A stretch of DNA of 64,000 bases from NCBI GenBank assembly GCA_023251075.1, contig JAHEZM010000005.1, forward strand, positions 24,753-88,752, in the 5' to 3' direction. The DNA is from Flavobacteriales bacterium (GTDB taxonomy: Bacteria; Bacteroidota; Bacteroidia; Flavobacteriales_C; GCA-002722245). Positions 53,993-63,782 of the stretch are shown piece by piece. The notes below the pieces were generated by a model, which worked only from the letters and a program-made list of their open reading frames with translations, ran no database searches and was not told where the DNA came from. How positions within the stretch are numbered: the first letter of the stretch is position 1; every line of letters begins with the position of its first letter. Position numbers and translations under genes: made by a program.

Positions 53993-56900
53993 GTGTCGAA
54001 TCAATTTAATGCTGTGATGAGAAGTGTATTAGGAATTTTTAGAAAGAGAAATAATTGTATAGCATCGTTTTCCCTTTTATTTCTATGTTATTGCTCAGCT
54101 TTAAAAGCTCAAAGTAATGTTTGGTTGTTTGGATCAACAGCAGCCAATTGTGCCGGACTAAAATTTACTCCAACCCCTCAACAAAATACAATTGCTAATG
54201 CCTGTAAATTTTATGAATGTAGTTCTGTGGTTAGTGACAATGCAGGTAATATTCTCTTTTATACCAATGGTGTAGCAGTATATAATAAAAACAATGCAAA
54301 AATGCCTAACGGTGATAACCTCTTAGGTTCTCAGGAAAATAATGCAGTATTAAATTCTGCGGGAAGTTCCCCCAATGGCGTGATCTCTGTTAGTGATCCC
54401 GCAAATCCTAATCGTTATTACATATTCACCATTAATGATTTGATTAATAATACCAGAAATGGTTTTAGATACAGTATTGTGGATATGACTTTAGATGGTG
54501 GTTTGGGTGATGTGGTATTGGCTTCAAAGAATACAATTATTTTAGATGGTACCGCTACTCCCACTGCTGAAATGATGGCAGTAGTGGCTGTTCCGTGTTC
54601 CGATACGGTTTGGATTGTGGTACATGGTGCCGGTAATAATGATTTTTATTCTTATCCCTTATCTTCTGCCGGTTTAGGTGCTCAGGTAACAACCAGCGTT
54701 GGTTATAGTATGTCGGGAGGTGGTAATGATAATCGTGGTTCAATGGCCTTTAGTCCTGATGGCTCTCATTTGTTGCTAACAGGTATGGTAAACTGCGGGT
54801 TGTGGTTGTATAATTTTCAATCATCGGGCATTAATGCAGGAAAATTAACGCCGTGGAATATTGGTAAAAATGGAACCAATCAGGTTATTACAACTGGTAT
54901 TTATAGCGCGGAATGGTCACCCGACGGACAAAAAATTTACATGACTTCCAATGGTACTTTAAAATATTTTAATACTAATGTTGCTTACAATGCAGCAACC
55001 AATCCGGTGGCAATTACTATTACCGAAAATATTGGTAGTATGAGGCGCGGACCAGATGGAATTTTGTATGCAGGAAAAACCGGAGCAGGAAATTATTTGT
55101 CAACACTTTCCGATCCTGATGCCGCTACCGTTGGCGCTGCCAGTGCTTCATGGCTTGATCATGGTTTTGATGCGGGTAGTTCTGTTTCTTGGGCTTTACC
55201 CAGTTCTGTTATTGTAAATTCTTCTAATCAAGCATTGATTACTAACCCTTTAAATGACACAACGGTGTGCTCTAATGTTGCCCCTTTCCAATTAACTGCA
55301 ACACCTGGTGGTGGCACATGGTCTTCTGTACCTTCAGGTTTTGTTAATGGTGCAGGTATGTTTGATCCGGGCGCAGGAGTTGGTTCTGCTCCGTGGACGG
55401 TTAAAATTTATTACGATAATATTCCTTGTGTCAATCCCGATTCGGTAACCATCACTGTCAATAATTGTAGTTGTCCTGATACTACTTTATCTCCTTCAAT
55501 TCCTCCTATTTGTCCGGAAGATGCTATCAATTTAGATACTTATAAAATTACGGCAGAAGCAGGAACATGGACTATCGAAAGCGGACCATCAGGTGTGGCA
55601 TCTATTACAGGAGGTACAACTTTCAATGGAAATAATACTGCTCCGGGAAATTATGTGGTGCGTTTTACATTAACTACTGTAGTGCCTAACTGTCCTTTAT
55701 TTTCAGAAAGAACAGTAGTGGTTAAACCTACTCCACCTGTGAGCGTTGCCGATCATACACAATGTTTTGGAGAACCTGCCTGGACTTTTGATGCCGGTGC
55801 TGGTTTTGATACCTATGCGTGGACGGGTCCGCTTTCTGGAAATGCACAAACTTTAGCTACTTCTTTAGAAGGAAAATATACTGTTACCGTTACCTTAAAT
55901 GGTTGCACAGGATCTGATACCGCTCATTTAACTATTACTCCATTGCCTGTTGTTTCTTTTGTTTTAGCCGATCCCGATGCTTGTATCAATGAAAGTGCTT
56001 TTGCTTTGAGTGGCGGTTCTCCTGCTGGTGGAACATATTCCGGTTTGGGTGTATCGGCGGGTAATTTTGATCCTGCAAATTCAGGTGGTGCAGGGGTAAA
56101 ACAATTGACTTATACTGTAACCGCTTCCGGTTGTACCGATTCGGCTCATGCTTCATTAACAGTACACGATTTACCATTGGTAACTTTAGATATTCCTACC
56201 GCTACAATTTGTGAAGATGCTTCTGCATTTGCTCTTTCAGGAGGAAATCCGGGTGGTGGAAGTTTTTCTGGCCCAGGCGTAAATGCTGGCATGTTTGATC
56301 CTGCAACAGCAGGTGCAGGAAAAGATACTATTACTTATACTTATCAGGATGCATTCAGCTGTTCAAATACAGCAACAGATACCATAAAAGTTAATGCTTT
56401 ACCATTGGTGAATTTGGTTTTATCTCCCAATACAGTTTGTGCAGATGCCACTCCATTCGCCCTATCAGGAGGCACGCCATTAGGAGGTACTTACAGTGGA
56501 ACAGGAGTTTCATTAAATAATTTTGATCCTTCATCAGGCACTAATCCAACCATTATTACTTATACCTATACCGATCCATTAACCACTTGTACTAATTCTG
56601 AACAAGATCAAATAATAGTGAATGCCTTACCTCAAATGAGTTTAGCCGATACTTCTGCTTGTCCGGGTGGTTCTGGAATAATTTTGATTCCTTCTCCATC
56701 GTTTTGGAATGCCTACGATTGGAGTACAACAGAAACATCTTCTACTATTACAGTGAATACGGTAAATACTAAATACTGGGTAACTGTAACAGATGCCAAT
56801 GGTTGCAAAACTACCGATACTGCTTTTGTTGCGATGGGTGATACTTTGCATGTTGATTTTGGTGCCGACAAAGAAATATGTACTGCGCAAACTTTAACTC

Positions 56901-57607
56901 TGGATGCTGCAAAGTTTGGTCCTTTCCAAAACTTAGTCAAATATGAATGGAATGGAGTAGTAGGTAATTCTACATTGGCAGTAACACAATCTAGTTTGTA
57001 TGGTGTTTTGGTAACCGATGGTAGAGGTTGTATTGGAAGCGATTCAATTAATGTGGTAGTGAACCCTCTTCCTTCAGTTGATTTAGGAAATGATACTTTA
57101 ATTTGCTTCACAGGAAAGCAAAATTATGTTGCTATTCTACCCAATAATTACAGCAGTATTTTGTGGTCGAATGGAAAAACAGGTTTAAAAGGAACCAGTA
57201 CCAGTCCGGGTAATTTTTGGGTAACTGTTACCAATCAATATACTTGTAGTGCTGCGGATACTGTTAATCTTACTGAGTTTTGTGAGGATATTGTTTTGTG
57301 TTTTCCCAATGTAATTACGGTTAATAATGATGGATTAAATGATCATTTTAAACCTTGTGCTGATAATTATCAATCCATAGATGATGGTAATTATCAATTC
57401 TATATCAACAACATTACATTCATCGATTTTCAAATGTATGATCGATGGGGAGTGAGAGTATTTCAGTCGAAAAATGTTTTACCAGAATGGGATGGAACTT
57501 ATAATGGTTCTCCTGCAAGTGCCGGTGTATATTATTGGTTGGTGCGTTACAAAGATTCTGCTAAAAAGGATTACGAGGTTTCCGGCTGGGTTCAATTGAT
57601 TCGCTAA
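53993..57607 (+). CDS. Giant secreted repeat adhesin-like protein, T9SS type-B cargo (paralogue of 16019..19582)
   Basis: Shared N-terminal domain (SSVVSDNAGNILFYTNG...IVDMTLDGGLGDVV), the same Cys-bracketed modules, and the C-terminus FPNVITVNNDGLNDHF...WDGTYNGSPASAGVYYWLVRY...VQLIR. Confidence 0.8.
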   Translation: MSNQFNAVMRSVLGIFRKRNNCIASFSLLFLCYCSALKAQSNVWLFGSTAANCAGLKFTPTPQQNTIANACKFYECSSVVSDNAGNILFYTNGVAVYNKNNAKMPNGDNLLGSQENNAVLNSAGSSPNGVISVSDPANPNRYYIFTINDLINNTRNGFRYSIVDMTLDGGLGDVVLASKNTIILDGTATPTAEMMAVVAVPCSDTVWIVVHGAGNNDFYSYPLSSAGLGAQVTTSVGYSMSGGGNDNRGSMAFSPDGSHLLLTGMVNCGLWLYNFQSSGINAGKLTPWNIGKNGTNQVITTGIYSAEWSPDGQKIYMTSNGTLKYFNTNVAYNAATNPVAITITENIGSMRRGPDGILYAGKTGAGNYLSTLSDPDAATVGAASASWLDHGFDAGSSVSWALPSSVIVNSSNQALITNPLNDTTVCSNVAPFQLTATPGGGTWSSVPSGFVNGAGMFDPGAGVGSAPWTVKIYYDNIPCVNPDSVTITVNNCSCPDTTLSPSIPPICPEDAINLDTYKITAEAGTWTIESGPSGVASITGGTTFNGNNTAPGNYVVRFTLTTVVPNCPLFSERTVVVKPTPPVSVADHTQCFGEPAWTFDAGAGFDTYAWTGPLSGNAQTLATSLEGKYTVTVTLNGCTGSDTAHLTITPLPVVSFVLADPDACINESAFALSGGSPAGGTYSGLGVSAGNFDPANSGGAGVKQLTYTVTASGCTDSAHASLTVHDLPLVTLDIPTATICEDASAFALSGGNPGGGSFSGPGVNAGMFDPATAGAGKDTITYTYQDAFSCSNTATDTIKVNALPLVNLVLSPNTVCADATPFALSGGTPLGGTYSGTGVSLNNFDPSSGTNPTIITYTYTDPLTTCTNSEQDQIIVNALPQMSLADTSACPGGSGIILIPSPSFWNAYDWSTTETSSTITVNTVNTKYWVTVTDANGCKTTDTAFVAMGDTLHVDFGADKEICTAQTLTLDAAKFGPFQNLVKYEWNGVVGNSTLAVTQSSLYGVLVTDGRGCIGSDSINVVVNPLPSVDLGNDTLICFTGKQNYVAILPNNYSSILWSNGKTGLKGTSTSPGNFWVTVTNQYTCSAADTVNLTEFCEDIVLCFPNVITVNNDGLNDHFKPCADNYQSIDDGNYQFYINNITFIDFQMYDRWGVRVFQSKNVLPEWDGTYNGSPASAGVYYWLVRYKDSAKKDYEVSGWVQLIR

Positions 57608-57610
57608 AAA

Positions 57611-58315
57611 TTATTTTAGCATTATCAATCCCCATAGTCGCCCGGTTTTCCCTTGATCACGTCGGTAGGAAAAAAAATCCTCTTCAAAAGTGCAGCGTTT
57701 CATAGCCCAAATATTTTCAGATAAAATTCCCATTTCCATTGCTGCAAAAATATTGGCTTCAATCAGGTTGATATTTTTTTTCTGAATACAGCGTGAAGGA
57801 AATTTTGCTTCTAAAAATATTTGTTGAACTTCTTCACCCACTTCAAATTTTTCTGCTGAAATTCCAGGACCTATGGCCATGCGAATGTGTTTGGTTTCGG
57901 CTCCTAATGTGATCATTTTTTTTATAGTTTCTCCGGCTATTCTCGCTACTGTTCCTCGCCAACCGGCATGTGCAGCGCCAATTACATTATTAACGGGATC
58001 GTGAAAAAGTAAAGGATAACAATCTGCTGCCGCTACCGCAAGTGCAATTCCTTTTTCATTACTTACCAAAGCATCACCGGTAAAAGTGCCGGTACTGGCT
58101 TCAATTACATCGCAGCCATGTATTTGTTTTAAGTGCGCAATTTGATTTAAAGTGATTCCTAATTCTTTCAAAGCAATTACTCTGTTTTGATGAATGTTTT
58201 CTGGTAAATCATCCTGCCCGGCTAAATTCAAAGAGTTGTAGGGAGTAGGGGAGATTCCACCTTTTCTGGTTGAAAATCCGTGAGTTGTATTGATATTGGG
58301 TGCTTTTAGCCACAT
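57611..58315 (-). CDS. pgeF: Purine nucleoside phosphorylase / laccase-domain protein YfiH/PgeF family
   Basis: Characteristic motifs GCDVIEAS, GDALVS, AAADCYPLLF, GAAHAGWRG. Confidence 0.8.
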   Translation of the reverse strand: MWLKAPNINTTHGFSTRKGGISPTPYNSLNLAGQDDLPENIHQNRVIALKELGITLNQIAHLKQIHGCDVIEASTGTFTGDALVSNEKGIALAVAAADCYPLLFHDPVNNVIGAAHAGWRGTVARIAGETIKKMITLGAETKHIRMAIGPGISAEKFEVGEEVQQIFLEAKFPSRCIQKKNINLIEANIFAAMEMGILSENIWAMKRCTFEEDFFSYRRDQGKTGRLWGLIMLK

Positions 58316-58395
58316 GGGCCAAAGATAGTAAAATCACCTTTTTGTGGTATTGCCAATCCATAATTTGTAGCGACCTTTGCCTCTGTAAGAGGCAA

Positions 58396-60777
58396 ATGAA
58401 GTTATCGGAATTAAACATAGGGGAGAAGGCAATTATCACCAAAGTGAGTGGTCAGGGTGCGTTTCGTCGTCGAATTACCGAAATGGGTTTTGTGAAAGGT
58501 AGAGAAGTGGGTGTGGTAAAATATGCCCCCTTGAGAGATCCCGTGGAGTATGAATTGATGAATTATCATGTTTCTTTGCGAAAAAGTGAAGCTGAACTCA
58601 TTGAAGTTTTAACCCGCGAAGAAGTTGGAAAAACATTGGATCAGGAATTTGCCGGATCGGTTCCCGAGGAAATATACAAGCGATCGGTTCAAAAAAGAAC
58701 CAAAACAATTAATGTTGCTTTTGTTGGAAATCCTAATTGTGGTAAAACAACTTTGTTTAATGGCGCATCGGGTTCGCGACAAAAAGTTGGAAATTATATT
58801 GGTGTTACGGTAGATGTGTATACCTCAAAATGTACACAAGATGGATATTTGTTCAACCTTACTGATCTACCTGGAACTTATTCCTTATCGGCTTATTCTC
58901 CCGAAGAATTGTTTGTGCGCTTACATCTTTTAGAGGCTCAACCTGATGTAATAATTAATGTAGTTGATTCTTCAAATTTAGAGCGAAATTTATTTTTAAC
59001 CACTCAGCTTATCGATATGAATTTGCCAGTGGTGGTAGCTTTAAATATGCACGATGAGTTGCAAAAACAAGGTGCTACTTTAGATGAAAATGCTTTGGGT
59101 GAAATGCTGGGAATTCCAATGGTGCCTACTGTAGGCTATAAGAAAAAGGGAGTTCAGGAATTGTTGGCGAAGGTGATTGAAGTGTATGAAGGAAAAAATA
59201 ACATCACTCGATCTATTAAAATTCAACACGGAAAATTTTTAGAAGATGCCGTAAATGAATTGCAAAATTTAATAGATACCGATCGAAATAAAATGATCAC
59301 CGATGTGGTATCACCAAGATTTTTAGCAGTAAAACTTTTAGAAAAAGATACTCAGGTAAAAAATATTATTCGTCGTTCAGAAAATTCTAAATCGATAGAA
59401 GACTTAGCGAAGAAAAGTATAAAGAATTTAGAGCTACAATTTAAAGAAGATACCGAAACTCTTTTTGCCGACGCAAAATATGCTTTTGTAGCAGGGGCCT
59501 TACAAGCTACTTACGTAAAAAATTCGCATTTAAAAAGAGTAAGAACAGAAGCATTGGATTCATTTTTAACGAATAAGTATTGGGGCTTTCCTGTGTTTAT
59601 ATTTTTTATGTGGTTGATGTTTCAAACCACTTTTACTATCGGACAATATCCAATGGATTGGATTGAAACATTGGTAAGTTCTTTCAGCGAAATGATTAGT
59701 GCGCACATGAGTAAAGGGATGCTGAAAGATTTATTGGTAGATGGTATAATAGCAGGAGTGGGAGGGATCATTGTTTTTTTACCTAATATTCTGATTTTAT
59801 TTTTCTTCATTTCTATCATGGAAGATACAGGTTACATTGCGCGCGCAGCATTTATTATGGATCGCTTGATGCGCAGTTTGGGTTTGCATGGTAAATCGTT
59901 TATTCCACTGGTAATGGGTTTTGGTTGTAATGTTCCGGCAGTGATGGCAACACGAACGATAGAAGATAAAAACAATCGATTGCTCACTATGTTGATCGCT
60001 CCGTTTATGTCGTGCAGCGCTCGTTTGCCCGTTTATATTTTATTGATTGGTGCTTGTTTCCCTGATTATCCCGGAACAGTTTTATTTTCTATTTATATCA
60101 TTGGAATTATTTTAGCGATTGTAGTTGCACTCGTTTTCAAAAAATTTATTTTTAAAACAGAAGCTACTCCTTTTGTAATGGAATTGCCTCCTTACAGAAT
60201 TCCCACGGCGAAATCTGTTGTGATGCAGGTTTGGGGAAATGTATCGCAGTATTTACAAAAAATGGGTGGAATGATTTTAATCGCTTCCGTTATCATTTGG
60301 GCTTTGAGTTATTTTCCTCGCAACGATCATCAAACAGTGTCGGAGCAGATGGAAAATTCATATATGGGTAAAATGGGACACGCTATTGAACCCGTTATTG
60401 AACCCTTAGGATTCGATTGGAAAATGGGAGTATCTGTAATTACCGGAATGGCCGCAAAAGAAATTGTGGTGAGTACTATGGGTGTTTTGTATCAGGCAGA
60501 AGAAGGTGCCGATGAAAATTCTTCCACATTAAAAAAACGATTGGAAGAGCATAGTTATGTGAGTGGAGAAAAAAAAGGAGAACGGGTTTTTACTCCATTG
60601 GCTGCTTATTCATTCATGTTATTTGTATTGATTTATTTTCCATGTGTGGCAGTAATTGCTGCAGTAAAAAAAGAATCAGGCGGATGGAAGTGGGCTACTA
60701 TAACGATGCTGTATACCACAGGAATGGCCTGGATAGTATCGTTTTTGGTTTTTCAAATCGGATCACTAATTTTATAG
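58396..60777 (+). CDS. feoB: Fused FeoA-FeoB ferrous iron transporter. The ORF track start 58300 is too early; the FeoA domain starts MKLSELNIGEK.
   Basis: FeoA-like N-terminus, G-protein motifs NVAFVGNPNCGKTTLFN / DLPGTYS, and a long polytopic membrane domain. Confidence 0.9.
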   Translation: MKLSELNIGEKAIITKVSGQGAFRRRITEMGFVKGREVGVVKYAPLRDPVEYELMNYHVSLRKSEAELIEVLTREEVGKTLDQEFAGSVPEEIYKRSVQKRTKTINVAFVGNPNCGKTTLFNGASGSRQKVGNYIGVTVDVYTSKCTQDGYLFNLTDLPGTYSLSAYSPEELFVRLHLLEAQPDVIINVVDSSNLERNLFLTTQLIDMNLPVVVALNMHDELQKQGATLDENALGEMLGIPMVPTVGYKKKGVQELLAKVIEVYEGKNNITRSIKIQHGKFLEDAVNELQNLIDTDRNKMITDVVSPRFLAVKLLEKDTQVKNIIRRSENSKSIEDLAKKSIKNLELQFKEDTETLFADAKYAFVAGALQATYVKNSHLKRVRTEALDSFLTNKYWGFPVFIFFMWLMFQTTFTIGQYPMDWIETLVSSFSEMISAHMSKGMLKDLLVDGIIAGVGGIIVFLPNILILFFFISIMEDTGYIARAAFIMDRLMRSLGLHGKSFIPLVMGFGCNVPAVMATRTIEDKNNRLLTMLIAPFMSCSARLPVYILLIGACFPDYPGTVLFSIYIIGIILAIVVALVFKKFIFKTEATPFVMELPPYRIPTAKSVVMQVWGNVSQYLQKMGGMILIASVIIWALSYFPRNDHQTVSEQMENSYMGKMGHAIEPVIEPLGFDWKMGVSVITGMAAKEIVVSTMGVLYQAEEGADENSSTLKKRLEEHSYVSGEKKGERVFTPLAAYSFMLFVLIYFPCVAVIAAVKKESGGWKWATITMLYTTGMAWIVSFLVFQIGSLIL

Positions 60778-60780
60778 AAT

Positions 60781-60930
60781 ATGCAAGAAGTAATTACATA
60801 TATTCTCATAGCGCTTGCTTCTGCAATTGCAATCTATAAACTGTATCATTCTATTTTTGCAAAGAAGAAAACTGCCAGTGGTTGTGGCGATTGCGGCTGT
60901 GGAAAAAAAGAATGTAATACGAATTCATAA
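60781..60930 (+). CDS. FeoB-associated Cys-rich small membrane protein (49 aa; not in the ORF track)
   Basis: MQEVITYILIALASAIAIYKLYHSIFAKKKTASGCGDCGCGKKECNTNS: one TM helix plus a CGDCGC cluster, starting 3 nt after the feoB stop. Confidence 0.55.
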   Translation: MQEVITYILIALASAIAIYKLYHSIFAKKKTASGCGDCGCGKKECNTNS

Positions 60931-60933
60931 TCA

Positions 60934-60966
60934 TAAAAAAAGCTGCTTCATTCGAAGCAGCTTTTA
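60934..60966 (+). terminator. Bidirectional rho-independent terminator
   Basis: aaaaaaAGCTGCTTCattcGAAGCAGCTtttt. Confidence 0.7.
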
Positions 60967-60980
60967 TAAATTAGTTTTCA

Positions 60981-62381
60981 TTATTTCACAATTAATTTTT
61001 CTGTAATTAATTCATCATTGGTTTGTATCGTTACGTAGTACACTCCTGCACTTAATACATTCGGAAAATCAATTTTCATAGCACTTCCCGGAGTGTAAGA
61101 AACAAATACTTCATCGGCAACATCTTTTCCAAATTGATCTTTGATCAAAATTTGATTGATGTTATTTCTGTTTGCATTAACAGAAAATGACTGACAGCTT
61201 TCGCATGGATTTGGAAATACAGAAAGTGCAGCTATTTCTTCTTCCACATAAACAGATTTTGTGTTATAGTAAGATAATTTCCCATCGATATCCACCTCTT
61301 TAATTCTATAGTATACATGACCTTTTGGTGCATGTTTATCGATGAATTTGTATTGCGATAGAGTAGCTTTATTTCCTTTTCCTTTGTGCGTTGCAATACT
61401 GTCGAAATGTTCTCCGTCTTTTGATCTTTCAACAATAAAAAGATCAGAATTTATTTCTGCAGCAGTCGACCAAACTACTTCAATTCCTTCGTCATTTTTA
61501 TAGGCATCGAAAGCATTAAACTCAACAGGTAAAGTTGAAGTAGCCACCATTCTCAATACCATTTGTGAGGTACCAAAAAGATTGGTACTACCCGATAAAG
61601 TGTATGGACTTGTTTGCGTTGATGAAGTACCATTAATGTATTGTGCACCAATTCCTGAACCGTCTTTTTCTGATAAGGATGCGGAAGTATAAGTACCATT
61701 TGCATTTGCAACGGTGGTAGTGCCTATCTGAGTGTAACCCGAACCTTCGGTATAAGTTCTAGGACTACCGATTGATGCAATAGACACAATAGCATTGTGA
61801 ATGCTTAATGGATCTACCGCACTGGTTGAAAGTGATGTACATGATCCACAACTATTGTGCGCTTGATTCGATGCGCTTGAAACATTTTCAAAAGTCATTG
61901 CAGCAAAAACACTTTCATCCCCAGCATTTGCAGGGTTATTGAAATTACCTGTAATGGTAAAAGTATTTGACCCACTAGGAATACTTGCTTCAGGTAAACC
62001 GTAAATAATTAATTCAGTACTAATATTCGTGGTGGTTTCTGATACGGGTGCGTTTGCCCAATAGGCAATCGACCATCCTATTAATGTAAGTGAAGTACCA
62101 GCTAAAGTAACGGTTGGTGTGCTACCTCCTAACACCGCCGGATTCGCCCAGTTGTCGCCCGTTGGATTTGGTTTATGGTCGCGCTCAATCGACATTGCAA
62201 AAATCAACATCCTGTCGGTTCCCGCCGGAGCGGTATAACTTAAACTCGCGTTACCACCTGCGCCGCTACCTGTCGCTGTTGCAGCACTATAGCTACCCGA
62301 AATTAAGTTTATCGTTTGTGATTGCGCTACTTCAGAATAGAATATAGCCAATGCCCCTAGAGTTAAATTTTTCCAGCACAT
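60981..62381 (-). CDS. Secreted protein of unknown function, T9SS type-A cargo
   Basis: Signal peptide; C-terminal CTD VFPNPCESCQSF...ITEKLIVK. Confidence 0.55.
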   Translation of the reverse strand: MCWKNLTLGALAIFYSEVAQSQTINLISGSYSAATATGSGAGGNASLSYTAPAGTDRMLIFAMSIERDHKPNPTGDNWANPAVLGGSTPTVTLAGTSLTLIGWSIAYWANAPVSETTTNISTELIIYGLPEASIPSGSNTFTITGNFNNPANAGDESVFAAMTFENVSSASNQAHNSCGSCTSLSTSAVDPLSIHNAIVSIASIGSPRTYTEGSGYTQIGTTTVANANGTYTSASLSEKDGSGIGAQYINGTSSTQTSPYTLSGSTNLFGTSQMVLRMVATSTLPVEFNAFDAYKNDEGIEVVWSTAAEINSDLFIVERSKDGEHFDSIATHKGKGNKATLSQYKFIDKHAPKGHVYYRIKEVDIDGKLSYYNTKSVYVEEEIAALSVFPNPCESCQSFSVNANRNNINQILIKDQFGKDVADEVFVSYTPGSAMKIDFPNVLSAGVYYVTIQTNDELITEKLIVK

Positions 62382-62513
62382 ATCCCCCTCCTCTTTTTTA
62401 GTTTATCTCCCCACTCGATCCCTTATTTATTTTACGTGTATGGATGGGGGTAGTTACTAAAAAAGTGAGAATATTTTTAATTATTTTTCGATGAATATTT
62501 CATGATAAAAAAC

Positions 62514-62545
62514 AAAAAACCCCTTCTCGAAAGAAAGGGTTTTGA
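62514..62545 (-). terminator. Probable rho-independent terminator downstream of 62567..63688
   Basis: aaaaaaCCCCTTctcgaaagAAAGGGttttgag. Confidence 0.4.
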
Positions 62546-62566
62546 GTTGAAAATATTGATTTAAAT

Positions 62567-63688
62567 CTAGTTCGAAATAATTACGGTTCCATCGGTACCT
62601 GTACCCGATCCACCATCACCGGCACCACTACCAGCACCACCAGCATCAGGAGGCCAGTTACCTACTTTGTAATAATCTTCATACCAGATTACGAAAGCTT
62701 GGAACATTACATCTGGCGCATTAGCATCTAAACCATAGTCATAAATAATATCTAACAATGGACCCTCGATATCATAATATGAAACTGCTCCAGCTGCGAA
62801 TTCACATGCGATTAGTAAATCTCCATCCTGACTGTTAACATATGCAGTTAAATAATCCTGATCTAAGATAGCACCGTTGTGACACACCGGAATGGTTGGT
62901 GTTGGAGGTGTTGTAGTAGTTCCCGGATCAGTTGTGCCTCCTGTTGTTGTACCTGGATCAGTAGTAGTACCTCCACCGGTTGTAGTTCCTGGATCTGTTG
63001 TACCGCCTGTAGTTCCACCTCCTGTTGTTGTACCCGGATCAGTAGTAGTACCTCCACCAGTGGTAGTTCCTGGATCTGTTGTACCGCCTGTAGTTCCACC
63101 TCCTGTTGTTGTACCTGGGTCAGTAGTTGTTCCTCCACCAGTAGTAGTACCCGGATCAGTTGTTCCTCCAGTAGTTCCATCACCTGTGCTACCATTACAA
63201 TTTACTTTAGCAGAAGGCCATTTACCCGCTAAGAAATATTCATCAATCCAAATATTAAATGCTCTTTGTAATGATTTTTGTGAATTCGGATTAAAATGTT
63301 TCTGAGCCATAATTGCATTTAATGTACACTCTATATCAGAGTATGCAATTGATTTAGATCCATCACATGCAAACAGTTTATCGGTACTATGATTATTGAA
63401 ATGTTTCAATACCGCATTTACAGAAATAGTAATCATGTGTCCGTTGTGGCAAATCGTAATTTTTCTACCATGAGAATGATTGTCATCATGATCATTTGCA
63501 CTACAGCTGTAATTGGGTTGTTTCGGTTTTTCTTTTTCCTTCTCCTTTTTCGATTTATTAAAATCGTCGTAATAAGATTGATTTTTTGAATCTTTTTTCG
63601 AATCGAAAAAATCATCTTTTTTACATCCGGTAAAAAAGATTGTCAGAATAAATAATGAAATTAAAATGATTTTCCCTCGCGTTTCCAT
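62567..63688 (-). CDS. Lipoprotein with a Thr/Gly/Pro-rich tandem-repeat linker flanked by two copies of a Cys/His-containing domain
   Basis: Lipobox FFTGC. Domain copies are ICHNGHMITIS...ACDGSKSIAYSDIECTL and VCHNGAILDQD...ACEFAAGAVSYYDIEGPL. The linker is (DPGTTTGGGTTTDPGTTTGGGTTGGTT)n. Confidence 0.55.
   Translation of the reverse strand: METRGKIILISLFILTIFFTGCKKDDFFDSKKDSKNQSYYDDFNKSKKEKEKEKPKQPNYSCSANDHDDNHSHGRKITICHNGHMITISVNAVLKHFNNHSTDKLFACDGSKSIAYSDIECTLNAIMAQKHFNPNSQKSLQRAFNIWIDEYFLAGKWPSAKVNCNGSTGDGTTGGTTDPGTTTGGGTTTDPGTTTGGGTTGGTTDPGTTTGGGTTTDPGTTTGGGTTGGTTDPGTTTGGGTTTDPGTTTGGTTDPGTTTTPPTPTIPVCHNGAILDQDYLTAYVNSQDGDLLIACEFAAGAVSYYDIEGPLLDIIYDYGLDANAPDVMFQAFVIWYEDYYKVGNWPPDAGGAGSGAGDGGSGTGTDGTVIISN
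62921..63178 (-). repeat. About 3 copies of an 81-bp tandem repeat encoding the TGP-rich linker
   Basis: The units at 62951-63031 and 63032-63112 are nearly identical; partial diverged copies flank them. Confidence 0.8.
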
Positions 63689-63782
63689 ACTTCACAAATT
63701 AAGTTTAACAACTTGTCCCCTTACCCATAATTACGTTGTTAAACTTAGTTCGTTACAATAGTGCTTATTTTATATTCCTGTT

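Noticed and set aside
62433-62460. Possible degenerate ECF motif (minus orientation) upstream of 60981..62381.
   Set aside because: CGTA is present, but the -35 position holds GTTACTAA rather than ACCCAACC-like sequence. Not counted as a regulon member.
62863-63305. Three overlapping ORFs (62863..63195 minus, 62879..63232 plus, 62892..63305 plus) with low-complexity Ser/Cys/Val/Pro-rich translations.
   Set aside because: They are alternative frames of the 81-bp tandem repeat that encodes the TGP-rich linker of the lipoprotein 62567..63688. That lipoprotein has a lipobox and conserved flanking domains.
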